Below, piece after piece: positions 41,700 through 55,100 of a DNA stretch of 64,000 nucleotides. Source of the DNA: Paramecium tetraurelia (Eukaryota); the NCBI GenBank assembly GCA_000165425.1, contig CT867992.1:124001-188000 (forward strand). The letters are read 5' to 3'. Below the pieces are notes generated by a model, which saw nothing but the letters and a program-made list of their open reading frames with translations, was not told the DNA's origin and did not search any database. Within the stretch, counting starts at the first letter, position 1. Each line of letters starts with the position of its first letter. The position numbers were made by a program, and so were the translations under genes.

Positions 41700-43281
41700 A
41701 TGGGATTTTCATCTCTCCTTAACAAGTTATTATGGACTATCGTAGTTGTCCTCATAGCCTACAATCTTCAATTGTATACGAAAAGTAGTTCTTCAGTTCG
41801 CTTTGAAATAAAAGGAGATGGTAATATTTAGATATATATTTAGAAATTACAATGATAAATGATGGCCAATAATTAAAAGACTCTCACATTAAGTCGCTTT
41901 CTGATGTACTCAATAAAAATCCCCAGACAACTAAATTAAATGCATAATTGTCAATTAATGCATTTACTAATTTTAGAGACTTCTTTAGTAGTTTGGAGAA
42001 ATTAAGCAACTTGAATGAATGTAAGAATATGATATTTATTAATTTTAGTAACATTATCTCTTGGAAACAACCCAATTGTTGATGAATTAGAGTAAGCTAA
42101 ATCATTAAGCCAAGCACTAGTTAAACTAACTAAATTGCACTCCTTAAACTTAGGCATAGATTCTATCTTCAATAACTAAAGCAGGGAAATCATCTTATCG
42201 GGATTGAGCAAAGTTTCTGGATTGACTTAATTACGTGTCTCTCTCATCAACAGTGATTTATCTGGAGATGGATTGAAATCACTTTATCCATTGACAGAAT
42301 TGAGAAATTTGAAGTCCTTGGAACTGTTGTTAGTTGGTAGTAAGTTGAAAGAAGAGGAAATGAAACATTTGTAAACTATATTACATAAGCTACCTAAACT
42401 AAACAAATTGAATCTTAATCTCTATGCAAATAAAATATAAATTGATGGAGCTATCACCTTGAGTGGAGGCTTATTTTAATAAAGACAATTGAAAGAATTC
42501 GGAATCGATCTATATTTCAATAACATCACAGCAAATGGAACAGAAAGTCTAATGGGAGTAGTTGGTTCAATGGAAAACTTGACCTCATTAAATTTAGGTT
42601 TGGAATTCAATTACATAACCAATGAGGGAGGTGTGTAAGTCGGAAAAGCATTGTCCTAATTCAAAAACTTGAAAGATTTATCAGTAAATGCTGCCACAAA
42701 GAATTTTGGTTGGGATGGTTATGAGGCTATTGTTGGTGCAATTGAGAAATTACCACCTCTCGATAATCTAGAGTTGATAATTGGAATCAATAAGTGTGGA
42801 TTACCAGGAGCAGAATTATTAAAAAAAGCATTATTTAAACATGATAAACTAAAGTCCTTGAAAATCAACTTTTTAGAAAACTACGTCGGTGATGCAGGAG
42901 CTACATTCATTGCTGAAGGAATTCAATATCAAAAGAATTTATAAGAATTAAAAGTCAACATGAACTTCAACTCATTATCAGATAGAGGTGCCCTTGAATT
43001 AGCCAGAGCTGTCAAAAATGCCAAATCACCAAAGGTATCAATATTATTCATCATTTTAGGTTGTCGACTTTAGAGTAAGCTAAAATTAAATTACTGATAA
43101 AGGTATCAAAGACATCTTTGTGCTCTTGGAACAAGCTCTTCCTAAGGTAAATCAAATGGAGGTGGAATTGTTAAACACTGCACTTACAAATGCCACAAGA
43201 GATGATATAGAATTGAAATATGGAAAAGTTGAAAATTTGTAAATTAGATTAAACACAATCCCACCAAGTAATTGGGAATGA
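41700..43281 (+). CDS. RNI-like LRR protein with N-terminal signal/anchor
   Basis: MGFSSLLNKLLWTIVVVLIAYNLQL then ~28-aa LxxLxLxxNxI repeats; 3 introns. Confidence 0.85.
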
Positions 43282-43301
43282 TTTTGTTATTTATGTATAA
43301 A

Positions 43302-44180
43302 TCACAGTTTCCTTTTATATTGTCTACTTTATCTTTTTGGTTTCTTAATTTTAAACTCTTCGTCACTTTCTTCTTCTGAATCATTTTTCTTTAATTTCTA
43401 TTTCTTTTATTACTAATCTCCTTTTTCTTCTTCGTCATTATCGTCGTCATCTTATTGATTATTATCTTTTGAATTAGTATTTTTTAATAAATTTTTCAAG
43501 TAATTTTAATCTCTTTGTTTCATTTTCTCATAAGCATACCTTAAACCTTCACTACTGAAATATTTAATGTTTTTTTCAATAAATTCAATTACTCCTTTTA
43601 GATCAACCAGTGACATTTCCCTTAATAACCAACCTGTTCCTAATTAGTTAAATCGTTCTTAATGAACTATGTTCTCTTAACATATCTCAAAAAGCAGATT
43701 CATATCACATACTTTCTTTCTTGCCAAAGTTACAAAACCTACACAACTAGATCTTCTCATCCATAAATTTTCATGCTTAGCCCAATCCAACATTAATTTT
43801 GCGTTTTCCTTCTCGATTACAAACTACTTTAAAACTCTTCCACAATACGTATCTGCTGTTGCCCATTCTTTTATGTGACCATCAATAAACCATTTTTCTG
43901 TTAGCTTTATTCTTTATAAATTAAATTTCATTTTTTCCGCAATCATCAATGCTATCTTCTTATCTTCCCCATATTCTTATCTCATCAAAAAGTCAGCTAT
44001 CTCATACTTTTAATCATCCTCCAATTATTTTATTTAATCCTTGAATGAATTGAATACTTTAGTAATTTCTGGTTATTATAAACCTCTAAATGGAAGAACA
44101 TTTTTCATGTAAGAAGAAATTTCCTTTCCTTTTTTAGGATTTGCAATTTCAATCATCGCTTTTTAAATGGCTTATTTCAT
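43302..44180 (-). CDS. AlkD-like DNA alkylation repair protein with acidic/basic tail
   Basis: SYMKNVLPFRGL, IKEWATAD, WAKHENLWMRRSS, ERFNQLGTGWLLRE match the AlkD HEAT-like pattern; 879 nt, intronless. Confidence 0.85.
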
Positions 44181-44565
44181 TTTATTATAAATTTTTAATC
44201 GTTTAATACCTCAAATATATTCTTGCTATTAATTGATCACAATTTCTCAAACAAATTACAAAAATATATATTATTGACGTCTCAAACAGATAAATATTCT
44301 AATCCATTTAAAAAATATATAATTGAATAATATATGAGAAAATACACCTGAAAGATCTATTACAAGAAGGTTTATTGTACCTTATCTATATATAAAATTA
44401 TAATTTGTTTCCACTTCAACAGTATAATCTATATTCTACGATGATTAAGATTAAAAATGCAGTGAATTACATCGGATTCGAAAAGGAAGATATTAATTTA
44501 ACTATATTTTTCTGTATATGTCAAATTTTTTTCCCTTAACAAAACAAACTTTTTATGAAATTAAA

Positions 44566-45546
44566 ATGGGAAATGATTATTGTGTGAGCAGAAGAAATTC
44601 TAAATCTAAAATCTCGGAGCACAGAATGTTTTAATAAGATATCCAATATCAACTAGAAAGATTAAAGGACATTGACAAGAAATACATTGTTATCTAATAT
44701 GAGAATAAATCAATTGAAGATCTCTTAAGAAACATCGATATCAATATTACAAATTAGGTGAATAGAGAACAAGAAAACTAAAATCTCAATTCATAAGACT
44801 CAATTGTCATTGATTTTGCTTAATTTACTCAATTCGGAAATGAGATAATATAATAACTACAACAGAAAATCAAGGATTTAACCTTAAAGAAGTAGGATTG
44901 GTCCCTTTTGGTTGATGACAACTCAAGCACTCATTTTTTGAAACTTCAAATGTCATAAACTTAAATGGAAGATGGAAACAAGATAAATACTATTATTAGT
45001 TAATTTATAGTTCCATGCAATCCTAAAAGATTCATTTATTATATGGGAAACTTTTAAGAACAAAAGTAATTGGATCTTAGAATAGATTAATTTAGATGTA
45101 TCTCGAAGAATAAAGAGGATTAAGAATAAATTATCTATTTAAGTTATAAAAGTGTTTCAATAATATCTGCTAGAGATTTTATCTATTTCAAAAAAACTAA
45201 ATTAATTGATGAGACAAATGATATATGGTGTGATGCAAGTAGATCCATAGACAATAATAACTATTGTTCTGTAAATAATAAGATTGTTAGAGGAACTATT
45301 TATTTAAGTGGATATGTAATTTAGCCTCTGAAAAATGTTCTGAACAATGATCCCTATTCCCAAAGGTAAATAGTTTAATAGTAAAATAGATTTGCCTCTA
45401 TATCTAAGAAAGCAGAGAATTATTCCTTTGTATAAATGTGTTCATAATGTGACTTCAAATTGAAAGTGCCTTTTTATATTGCAAAAGGATAGGTGAAGCA
45501 AGAGATGATTAATTATATCAATCTACTTTATAGAAACTTATAGTGA
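44566..45546 (+). CDS. START-domain lipid-binding protein
   Basis: VSIISARDFIYF..DASRSID..KIVRGTIYLSGYVIQP; MGN N-terminus. Confidence 0.8.
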
Positions 45547-46123
45547 TTTAAATTGCTTCATTTGGAATGTGTTAGCAGATAGTTGCACACCTTTATTATT
45601 TTGAAATAACACTATTTATAATTTATTATTATAGGTTCTTTTTCAATTAATTAAAGTTTAATAACTTCATTGAATTATTTAATAATTGAATTCTTATTGT
45701 TGATATTACTTAATGAATCAACAATGTATTTAGCTTTTACATCCACATGTTTATTGATTCTTATATTTCAATGATTTAAGATCTCTTATTTAATTATTGT
45801 CTGGATTTATATATTTTATATTAGATTAGATATCGTTTCTATATTTGTTATATGAGACATTTATCATAGTCTATTATCCATTTTACAAACTATGTTTTTA
45901 ATTCAATTTTTTGTCAACTTGAAAACTTCCTTAATTTCCCTCTGAATTAAAAATAGAGAGTGCATTTCGATTCTGAACCATCTGTTATGCATTTGTAGAA
46001 GGCAGAAAATGACTAAGAAATATATGTATGTAAGATGTCTTTTAATTATATTATATTATTCATGAATCAATTAACTGATTCATGAAGGCATATGAATTTA
46101 AGAAATATAAATAAATTTAAAAT

Positions 46124-47985
46124 ATGAATAAAGAAGAAGCAGAGACATTTAAATAACCTTTAATAAATGAAGTTAGTTAATAGTTTAGCAAACAATCAAA
46201 AAAATCAAGAGGAAAGTCATAACTATCTGTTTTGACTGAGCATTCAAAAATGGACACTCATTTATATGAAATCCCAGATCTTACATAGATAACGTAGAAA
46301 GTGCTTTGTCGTTTGATTGCAGTTTCTGTTGTTTGTATCATATTTCTGGTGGCTGAAGTAAGAATACTTAATCCTAAGAAAGGTCATAGGAGGTTTATGG
46401 GCATAATCATTGGCCATCTTATCAGATGCTGCCCATATGTTCTCAGATATGAGTGGCTTCTTCATTTCTATATTTTCCATTTGGCTTGGGCAAAAACCCG
46501 CCTCTCAAAAAATGTCATTTGGATATCATAGAGCTGAGGTCATAGGAGCTTTGGGTAGTATTATATTGATTTGGGGATTAACGATCCTATTGTTCTATGA
46601 AGCAACTATCAGAGTTTTAGAGGAAGCCATAGTTACTGACCCATTAATAATGTTGATAACAGCAGGATTTGGGTTGTTTTGTAATTTAGTGATGGCTAAG
46701 GTACTGCATTCTTCGCCTACAGGTGGTCATGATCATGGAAACATAATGCATTAATGTAGTGGACACAATCATGGTCATGATCACGGCCATGAACATAATC
46801 ATGATCATAATCACAATCATGACCATAGTCATAGTCATGAGGAGAGTCACTCTCATAGCAAATAAAAATAGCAAAAGAAAAAGAAAAAGATTAGCATAAA
46901 ATAAAAGAGACAACAAGTAAGTGAGAATGGAATTAGTATGTTAGTTGTTGAATAAGATATTGAATCAGAATCAAGTGATAAAAATTTAACAATCAAAGAA
47001 GAAAGTGAAAGTTCTTCCTCATGTCAAAGCAATAAATAATAATAATAAAATATTGGATAAAAATCATAATAATAATAAGCTCGTGAACACAATCATTCAG
47101 AAAATTGTGGACATGATCATCAAAAAATTGACATTCCTAATGAAATTGAAAATTAAAAATGCAAAAACAAAAAAAATCAGAAAGATTCCAAAAGCTCAGA
47201 AGATAGTCATAGTAGTTGTAATGGAAAAGAACACAATCATGATCATGAACATGACCATTCAAATTCACAAGATCATTCACATTCCCATGATCATTCACAT
47301 TCACATGATCAATCACATTCACATGATCACTCAAATTCTCATTCACATGACCATTCAGATGATCATTCTCATGATCATTCACATAATCATAAAAAAAAAT
47401 CAAATAAATTAAAAAGTAAGAATTTAACTGAAATAAATGAACATGATAATCATAATCTCAAAGCAGCTATGATACATGTTATAGGTGATATTCTATAATC
47501 CATTGGAGTTCTGATTGCTGCCATCTTAATATACATTTTTGGTTAAAAAAAGGATGAAAATAATCAAATTGTTTTCACATATTGGTAATATGCTGATCCC
47601 TTTTGCACATATCTTTTTAGCATTCTTGTTCTCTTCACAACTTTTGGAGTTGCTAAAGAATGTTTAAGAGTGTTAATGGAAGGTACTCCATAAAGTAAAT
47701 TTAATTATTAATTCTTTAGATTTAATAATTGAAGAATTCAATGAAAAGTTAAAGGCCATTCATAGAGTGAAGGAAGTACATGATTTACATATATGGTCGC
47801 TTTCAGTTGGTAAACCAGCCATGTCTGCACATATAGTTTGTATTGAAAATCCAGAATATGTTCTAAGAAAAGCTACAAAATTGTGTAGACAATTTGGAAT
47901 ATATCATTCTACAATATAGATTGAGCTATATGACAGACAAGGTGCAAACGATTATATTAAATGTGATCACAATTTGCATAAATGA
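46124..47985 (+). CDS. CDF/SLC30 (ZnT/MTP1-like) zinc transporter with very long His-rich loop
   Basis: SLAILSDAAHMFSD, SFGYHRAEVIGAL, NLKAAMIHVIGD, VHDLHIWSLS. Confidence 0.95.
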
Positions 47986-48057
47986 AATTTAAAACTGTAT
48001 ATTAGTTATTGTGAAAGATTTATTATTACATTAATTTTTTGCAATTATATTAATTAA

Positions 48058-48654
48058 TCACAAATTTGTAAATTATAATCCTAATGCAAATAGCCAAACT
48101 TACCCAGAAATTTCGTAATCTTTCTCTTTCTATAATTGTATCAACTCTTCAGCCAACTTTTTGCCCATTGTTAGTTCATAAACCACAATATTTTCATCAA
48201 ATTCTAAATGTTATTAAGGGTTCTAAGAAAGATCAGAATCACCATCAATATCCACGAAGCAATTGTAACAATATTCATTTGATTTCCAAGGATCTGTTCT
48301 CGTAATAACATCTTTATGCTGATGATTGTTTAATGTGGCAATATAACCTGTTTCTTCTTTTAACTCCCTAATTCCATTTTCATAATATTCTCCTTCTTTA
48401 TCTATCAATCCTCCAGGAAATTCTAAACAATATTTACGAATAGGAGGTCTGAAATTGGCAACTATGATAATCGTGCTTGGTTTATTCTTGTACTTCACTA
48501 TTGGTATTACTCTAACACCTCCTCTATAACCTGGTGGTTTTTCGGCGTATTCATAAACCTTTTGTCTCTCATTAATTTTAAACAGCAGAAGTTTGAAGTG
48601 TAACCATTTTCCAGCATAAACTAATTGCTCTGTTGCTTAAGTGTTTTAATTCAT
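48058..48654 (-). CDS. NUDIX hydrolase (ADP-ribose pyrophosphatase-like)
   Basis: NFRPPIRKYCLEFPGGLID..GIRELKEETGY Nudix box. Confidence 0.92.
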
Positions 48655-48729
48655 TTATATGATTAATTTATTACGTACTATTTGACCAAAATGAAGCAAT
48701 CATATCTAAAATAAAAATAAAAATCAATA

Positions 48730-49864
48730 ATGCAAAAATATCTCCAAAACACCTTTGCTAAATAATTAAATAAAGCTTCATTTGCTTAATTCGGTCATTC
48801 TGGACATGCAAATAAAAAACCTCCCGTGAGAGTGGCAATTACAGGAGCAGCTGGATAAATTGGTTACTCCTTAATATTTAGAATTGCAAGCGGAGAGATG
48901 TTGGGACCAAATCAACCAGTTATTCTTCATTTGATCGATTTACCATTTGCTATGGCTGCATTGAATGGAGTAGTAATGGAAATTCAAGATTGTGCATTCC
49001 CACTTGTCAAGGGAATAGTAGCAACAGACAATCAAGCAGTTGGATTCAAAAATGTTGATTATGCTCTCCTTGTCGGTGCAAAACCCAGAGGTCCAGGAAT
49101 GGAAAGAGGAGACCTCTTAAAAGACAATGGTAAAATATTCACTGAAACTGGAAAGCATATTAATGTAGAATATTTCATATTAACTCCTAGGAACATGCCA
49201 GTAGAGATATAAAAGTGGTTGTTGTTGGTAATCCATGCAATACAAATTGCTTAATTTTAGCAAATCAAATTAAAGATATTCCAAAAGAAAACTTTACAGC
49301 TATGACAAGATTAGATCATAATAGAGCACAACATCAATTAGCTGACAAATTGGGAGTTCATACTACCGATATCAGAAAAATAGCCATCTTTGGAAATCAT
49401 TCCCCCACCATGGTACCCTATATTGATTAAATGACAGCAAAAAGTAATCAAGAATCCTATTTTCATTAGATCATAAAGCCACTGTAGATTAATAATGGGT
49501 GTCCTAAACTTTTATTCCAACTGTTCAATAAAGAGGAGCTGAAATCATCAAGGCTAGAAAACTGTCCAGTGCAGCTTCAGCAGGAAATGCTGCCATGAAT
49601 CACATTACTACTTGGGTTAATGGAACTTCTGAAAGTAATCCATATTGAATAATTTAAGGTGATTTTACATCCATGGCCATTCCTTCTGATGGTAGCTATG
49701 GTGTCCCCAAGGGATTGATTTTCTCATTTCCTGTTTCTGTCAAAAATGGAAAATACTCCATTGTTTAGGGATTGCCAATTTCACCCTTCTACTAAGGCCT
49801 TCTTGATAAAACCATAAAGGAATTAGTTGATGAGAGAAATGCAGTCGATCATTTGCTTAAATGA
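48730..49864 (+). CDS. MDH: Malate dehydrogenase (cytosolic/type-2 clade) with N-terminal extension
   Basis: [51 protein letters not shown]; 3 introns. Confidence 0.96.
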
Positions 49865-50060
49865 TATTCCATATTTAATCAATCCATATTAAAATATTAA
49901 TAAATTAAATTATTAAGATCAGTGAATTTTTTGTCCATTCATTTTTTTGTATTGGTTTTTGTTTTAAAACAATATCCATACAGATGTTTATTAAGAAATC
50001 AACTACAACTAGTTATAGAATATCTATATTTAGAATAAGAATATATATCAATGTGGGCTT

Positions 50061-50707
50061 TCAGGAACATAATGTTTTTTTCATCATGTGCTAGGAAGTT
50101 TTCAGTGAGGTTAACAGTTTCTTGTTTCTAAAGAACCTATTGAATTTTTAGAAATGCTGGTCATCCTCTATGTTATAAGGTTAGGAGTAATCATTTTGAT
50201 CTTCGAATACAATTTACTTCGTTGGGAAATATTTTTTGAAGAGTTTTTTACTTGACGATGCATAACTTATGGCTGTTTTTATAACATCCTCATTTTCAAT
50301 GTGTTGTCTATAGCCTGGAAATCCACTTAAATAGAGACATAATAATACCCATATCTAGCTTTGTAAAGTTACAAAAACTGGCCAAGAGAAGATTGCTTGT
50401 CATCGAGTACTATTTTCTTGACTCTGAGATCTTAATTGTCATCCCATATCTCAAATTCCTCATCTGCACTCACTTAACTATCACTCACAGATACTATGGA
50501 CTGTCTGCAACTGATGCTATTCTACTAAGACAATAGTTTTATGGGTTGGATTTTAATGAAACTTTTAGTAAAGTGTTCTTATGGTTTATTGGTTCTATTA
50601 GTTAGAGATTAACACGTTAGACTCATTTAGAGTGATTTTTGAATGGATTATTATTTTTAGAAGAAGTCCTTCTTGGATTTGATACGGAAAGTCTATGAGG
50701 TTTTCAT
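50061..50707 (-). CDS. Hypothetical protein (3' end uncertain, may extend to ~49920)
   Basis: ATG at 50707, open ciliate-code frame, one probable 23-nt intron. Confidence 0.55.
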
Positions 50708-50952
50708 TAATATATATAAATTAAAATTGCAAATCTCAATTGCTTATAATTAGGTCTCTAATAAATTATCGTTATGGCATAATTAATTCCATTGTTGGTA
50801 GACAAAAATATAAGATTTTAATTCAGAATATTAATATTCCGAAATGGCCTTCTATTATAATAATGATAATGTTCTCCTTTCACATATTTGAGTTGTTGAA
50901 CCTAATAATAGTAAGGTTAAATTTTTATTATATTAATTAATTATTTATATAT

Positions 50953-51856
50953 ATGGGCAAATTCACAAAAGATAAACGAGTATAAAGAAATTCATCATAT
51001 TCTAAATAAGTATTATATAATATACTTATTAACTATTAACTTATCACTATAAAAGCACTTTTCACCATTTTTAGGATATTTATTATAGGAAAGCCAAAGA
51101 AGATTAATTCAGAGCCAGATCAGCTTATAAGCTATTACAAATAGATGACTCCTTCTAAATATTTAGACAAGTTGAGAGAGCAATAGATTTATGTGCTGCT
51201 CCTGGCAGTTGGTCATAAGTTCTGGTTAAGAAGTTGACAGAAAAGAATTTCCTTCCATCCGAGAGTTGCAGAATAGTCTCAGTGGATTTGTAAGAGATGG
51301 CTCCATTAGATCATGTCACTTAAATCCAAGGCGATATAACAAAAAAAACAACTGTGGATGAGATCTTAAAAAAGTTCAATTACTAAAGAGCAGACATTAT
51401 TGTTTGTGATGGTGCACCTGATGTCACAGGATTTCATGATATTGATTATTACATCTAATCCTAATTGATAGTGGCTGCTTTGAATATTTGTTTGATGACT
51501 TTGAGAGAAAATGGAATATTTGTTGCAAAAATATTTAAAGGTTCAGATATCAAATTGTTGTACTCTTAATTTAAATTGTTCTTCAATTAAGTGTATTTTA
51601 TGAAACCCAAGTCAAGTAGAGCCTCAAGTGTTGAATACTTTATCATGTAATATCTATATGTAATAAATAATTTAGATGTCTTCAATACACACCAAAAATT
51701 TAAACTCAAAATTTCCACTTATACACATTTCTTAAGGAAATTGAATAGGCAGAAAAACAGAAACAAGAAGTTATTGATTAATAAACAGAAAAGGAATAGT
51801 CCAAATATTACAAATTTATTACATGTGGAGACCTGTCAGGATTTGATGAAAATTGA
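50953..51856 (+). CDS. TRM7: tRNA (cytidine32/N34) 2'-O-methyltransferase, FtsJ family
   Basis: MGKFTKDKR|DIYYRKAKE..FRARSAYKLLQ, DLCAAPGSWSQ, VCDGAPDVTG, FVAKIFKG, KPKSSRASSVE. Confidence 0.95.
50980..51074 (+). other. 95-nt GT..AG intron 1 of TRM7 with internal 9-bp hairpin
   Basis: Removal joins the conserved KDKR|DIYY. Stem aataagtat (51005-51013) pairs with atacttatt (51022-51030). Confidence 0.85.
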
Positions 51857-52139
51857 GTATAAACATAATTCAGATTCATTATTCAAACTTTAAAAATACA
51901 TACTACTAATGTTAATTTTTTTTTAATTTTGCTTTAGGGTTTAGGATGTAGAAATTTCAAATTAAATCAAATTGATTTTCTGTTGAGATTCTTTGTTATT
52001 GTCAATAATATTAATTTTCCTTCGTTTCTCTTGCTACTTATAAAAACGTCTTTCAATTTTGTTAAGTCTACATCTGAAATTGACTATTCATTATTCCTAA
52101 ATATTATTGATTAGATAATAATATAACAAATATTAAAAG

Positions 52140-55100
52140 ATGATTTTCCTTGAGGATGCTTAGAGAGGACAAGCTCAATCACCAGAATCTTTTAAAAGAC
52201 TGTTTTTACCTCATAAGAGTGATACGGGTTTTGTGTTTACGAAGTTGAATAAACAACTTACAACTGTCAAAAGTACAGAAAGAAAACTCTTTAAAAAACG
52301 TCAACCTGATGAAGAATAGGAATAAGTGAAGCTTGATTAGTCTTCTAGCTTAGAGGTAAAGATGGCTGATGATCTTTTGAAACACGAGGTGTGTGATTGG
52401 TAGAATTTCATGTAGAAGGATTAAGAAACAATCCGTCAAATTAACTCCTAAGATGAATTGTTTTAAGAACTTCCTTCAAAAATCAAAACTCAAGAAACTA
52501 CTAAGAGAAATAAGATTTGGCAGGAAGGGAATGAACGATATGTGTTTTTTTCAAGGATGAGACAAGGAAAGTAAGCTTATATATTAATTATGAAAAAGTA
52601 AATTGTTACCTAACTTGAGTTCGCAAGACTTTCTTTCTTCAGTGCGACATTCATCCAAACTAAATGAATATGCTAAGGTGTATAAATAATAGCCTCAAAA
52701 TATTTATTTGAGTCTCAATCTTTCTCAGCCAAAAAGAGTTCCCAAGACTTTTGGATTAATACAAAATACTTCCTAATTGCAAACAGTTAATACAAATAGA
52801 TGCTTAAGATCAAGAGAAGATTGCAGAGCATTCTCATGTGCTATGTTAACCTCACAAAGCAAAACCATAACATCTCTTTAAATGAATCACAATATATTTG
52901 ATCCACAATAATTGAGAGATGTGTTATTAACCTTCCCAACAGCACTCAAAGACTTAGAATTAATTGATTGCAAACTTCATTATTAGCACATGGACATTTT
53001 AATGTCATTTATTAATAAAAATTAAATACTAAAAATTAATCTAGAAAAAAACAACATTCGAGATTAAGGATGTAAAATCATCATGAGATATTTGATGAAT
53101 AATAATACCCTCTAACATTTGAATCTCAATAACAATTAAATTACAGAATGTTCAAGCATGGCCATATCAAATCTATTAAAATAAACACAGAGACTTTTGG
53201 AATTGTATTTGGGATACAACAACTTAAACTCAAGTGCAGGAAATGCTATTTGGAAAGCAATGTACAAAAATACAAGTGTTAAAATATTGGATTTGTCTCA
53301 TAATAACATAGCTTCATTGGAATGTGCAGCCTCAATTGCCAAAGCTATTGCAAGACCATACAATGAATTACTTCATGTAGACTTATCCTATAATAAGTTT
53401 ACCTATCCATAAGCTCAATTAATTTCAGAATCATTGATCAAAAATGAAACTATTTATGGGTTTCATTTCGAAGGAAATTAAAGTGAATTATGTGTTAATC
53501 CAAATGGATTTTTGGTTAATAACATTCAATTCAAAAAAACTTTAAGTGATAAATTAATTTAACTCTACAAATAACCTTAATATTTCAAATTACTCGAAAT
53601 TCCTAAATAGCAACCCTATTAACCTCCTAAACAATATGAAGAGTTGGTCATGCCATTCAGTAGGCAGCGAAAAATTAGATCTACTAAGTCAAACATGTAA
53701 AAGAGCAATTAACTAAATAAATTAGACACTTGTTGGATTTGTGAAGGATGGTAAGAAATTAGATTTGAATGGAATGCCTATAAGTCTGGTAGTTTATACA
53801 ATGAACCCATATTCATTCACTTTGATTTTGAAGATTATCGACCTTTGTTGATGACACATTTAAATAATGAGTTCTTTTTTGTGAAGATGTGTCCACCCAA
53901 TCAAGAAATACAATATTTCTTCACTAATCCCATATTAGGTGTTTAATAACCTGCTATGGATTAACCAATTAAATATTTAGACACTCCAATTCAGTCTATT
54001 CCTTTTTTATATAATGAGGAAATCTTAGTAGACGGAAACGCACTTGATTAAGTCAACGTATTGCAAACATACAATAAATAATAATTGTTTGACAAATACA
54101 TGCCCTTAGTGTAATGCAAACCTAGGGAACCCTTAGCTAAATTTGACTTTTCTCCTTATTTGAACATCAAAAAACATAACTGGTCTGTTGAAACATCTAT
54201 TTTTCGCAATTTTTAACCAGACACTCCATAATTGATTGACTAATGTTTTGAATTCGATTTTCAGAATTCAAAAGTAACTAGATTAGTTAAGGAAACAGAG
54301 ATTGTTGAGGTAAAGGAAAGTCTCAAGGATTTATATAGGAACTTATTCCATGTATATAAATACCATGCAGCTGGGTCATAAGGTCAACCCATTCCTTGTA
54401 TTTTGATACAGGATTATATTGATTTCTTAGTGTAGACATCTCTAATGGAAGGAATGAAGACCAATGATATTGATATCAGTTTTACATCGACTAGTGCAGC
54501 CAAAGATGTGGCATTTCCTTAAGCATATGAGAAAGGTTTAGTGAGATGCTAATTACTTGAAATTATGATAAGATTATGCAATGATAAATACATACGTCCA
54601 GGATTATTTACTTCAATGGTAGATTCAATAAGCGCTATCAAATAATAAAGTTAAGAATATTTCAGCAGATTTGATTAAGCATAATAGTGGAGAAAAACAA
54701 GACTTTGGAATTAAAAATGCGATATTTTGTTAAATGATAGAGTTGCTATGTTAAAATCTCTTTACAAATATTGTTGTAAACTCAGTAAGAAGCCTTAGTA
54801 ATTCAAAAATGACTATGTATCAATTCAAGATTTTAAGGATATGCTCAATCAATGCAAGTTAATCTGTGATGATCTAAATGAAAGGGAATGTTGTTTAGTT
54901 TATTTACAGTCTATGATAACTCAAAAAGATGAACTCTTCTCACCAAAGCATTATTAAATGAATTTTCATGAATTTATTGATGCCGTTGGTAGATTGGCTG
55001 AAAAGTTGTCAATTATTCGTGGTGATAAGCCTATAGATATTGATGATAGAAGGGCTAAAGATTTACACACCAAACTAGATGGGTTTCTATTGTACGTGTA

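Noticed and set aside
46686..47412. Met/Ile-rich and Asn/Val/His ORFs overlapping the CDF gene
   Set aside because: These are alternative-frame and antisense readings of the His-repeat DNA.
50986..51000. C/D snoRNA in the TRM7 intron
   Set aside because: The ATGATGA C-box-like word is on the antisense strand, with no matching D box inside the intron.
25060..51856. ELP1 and TRM7 as a tRNA-modification cluster
   Set aside because: They are 22 kb apart with many unrelated genes between them.
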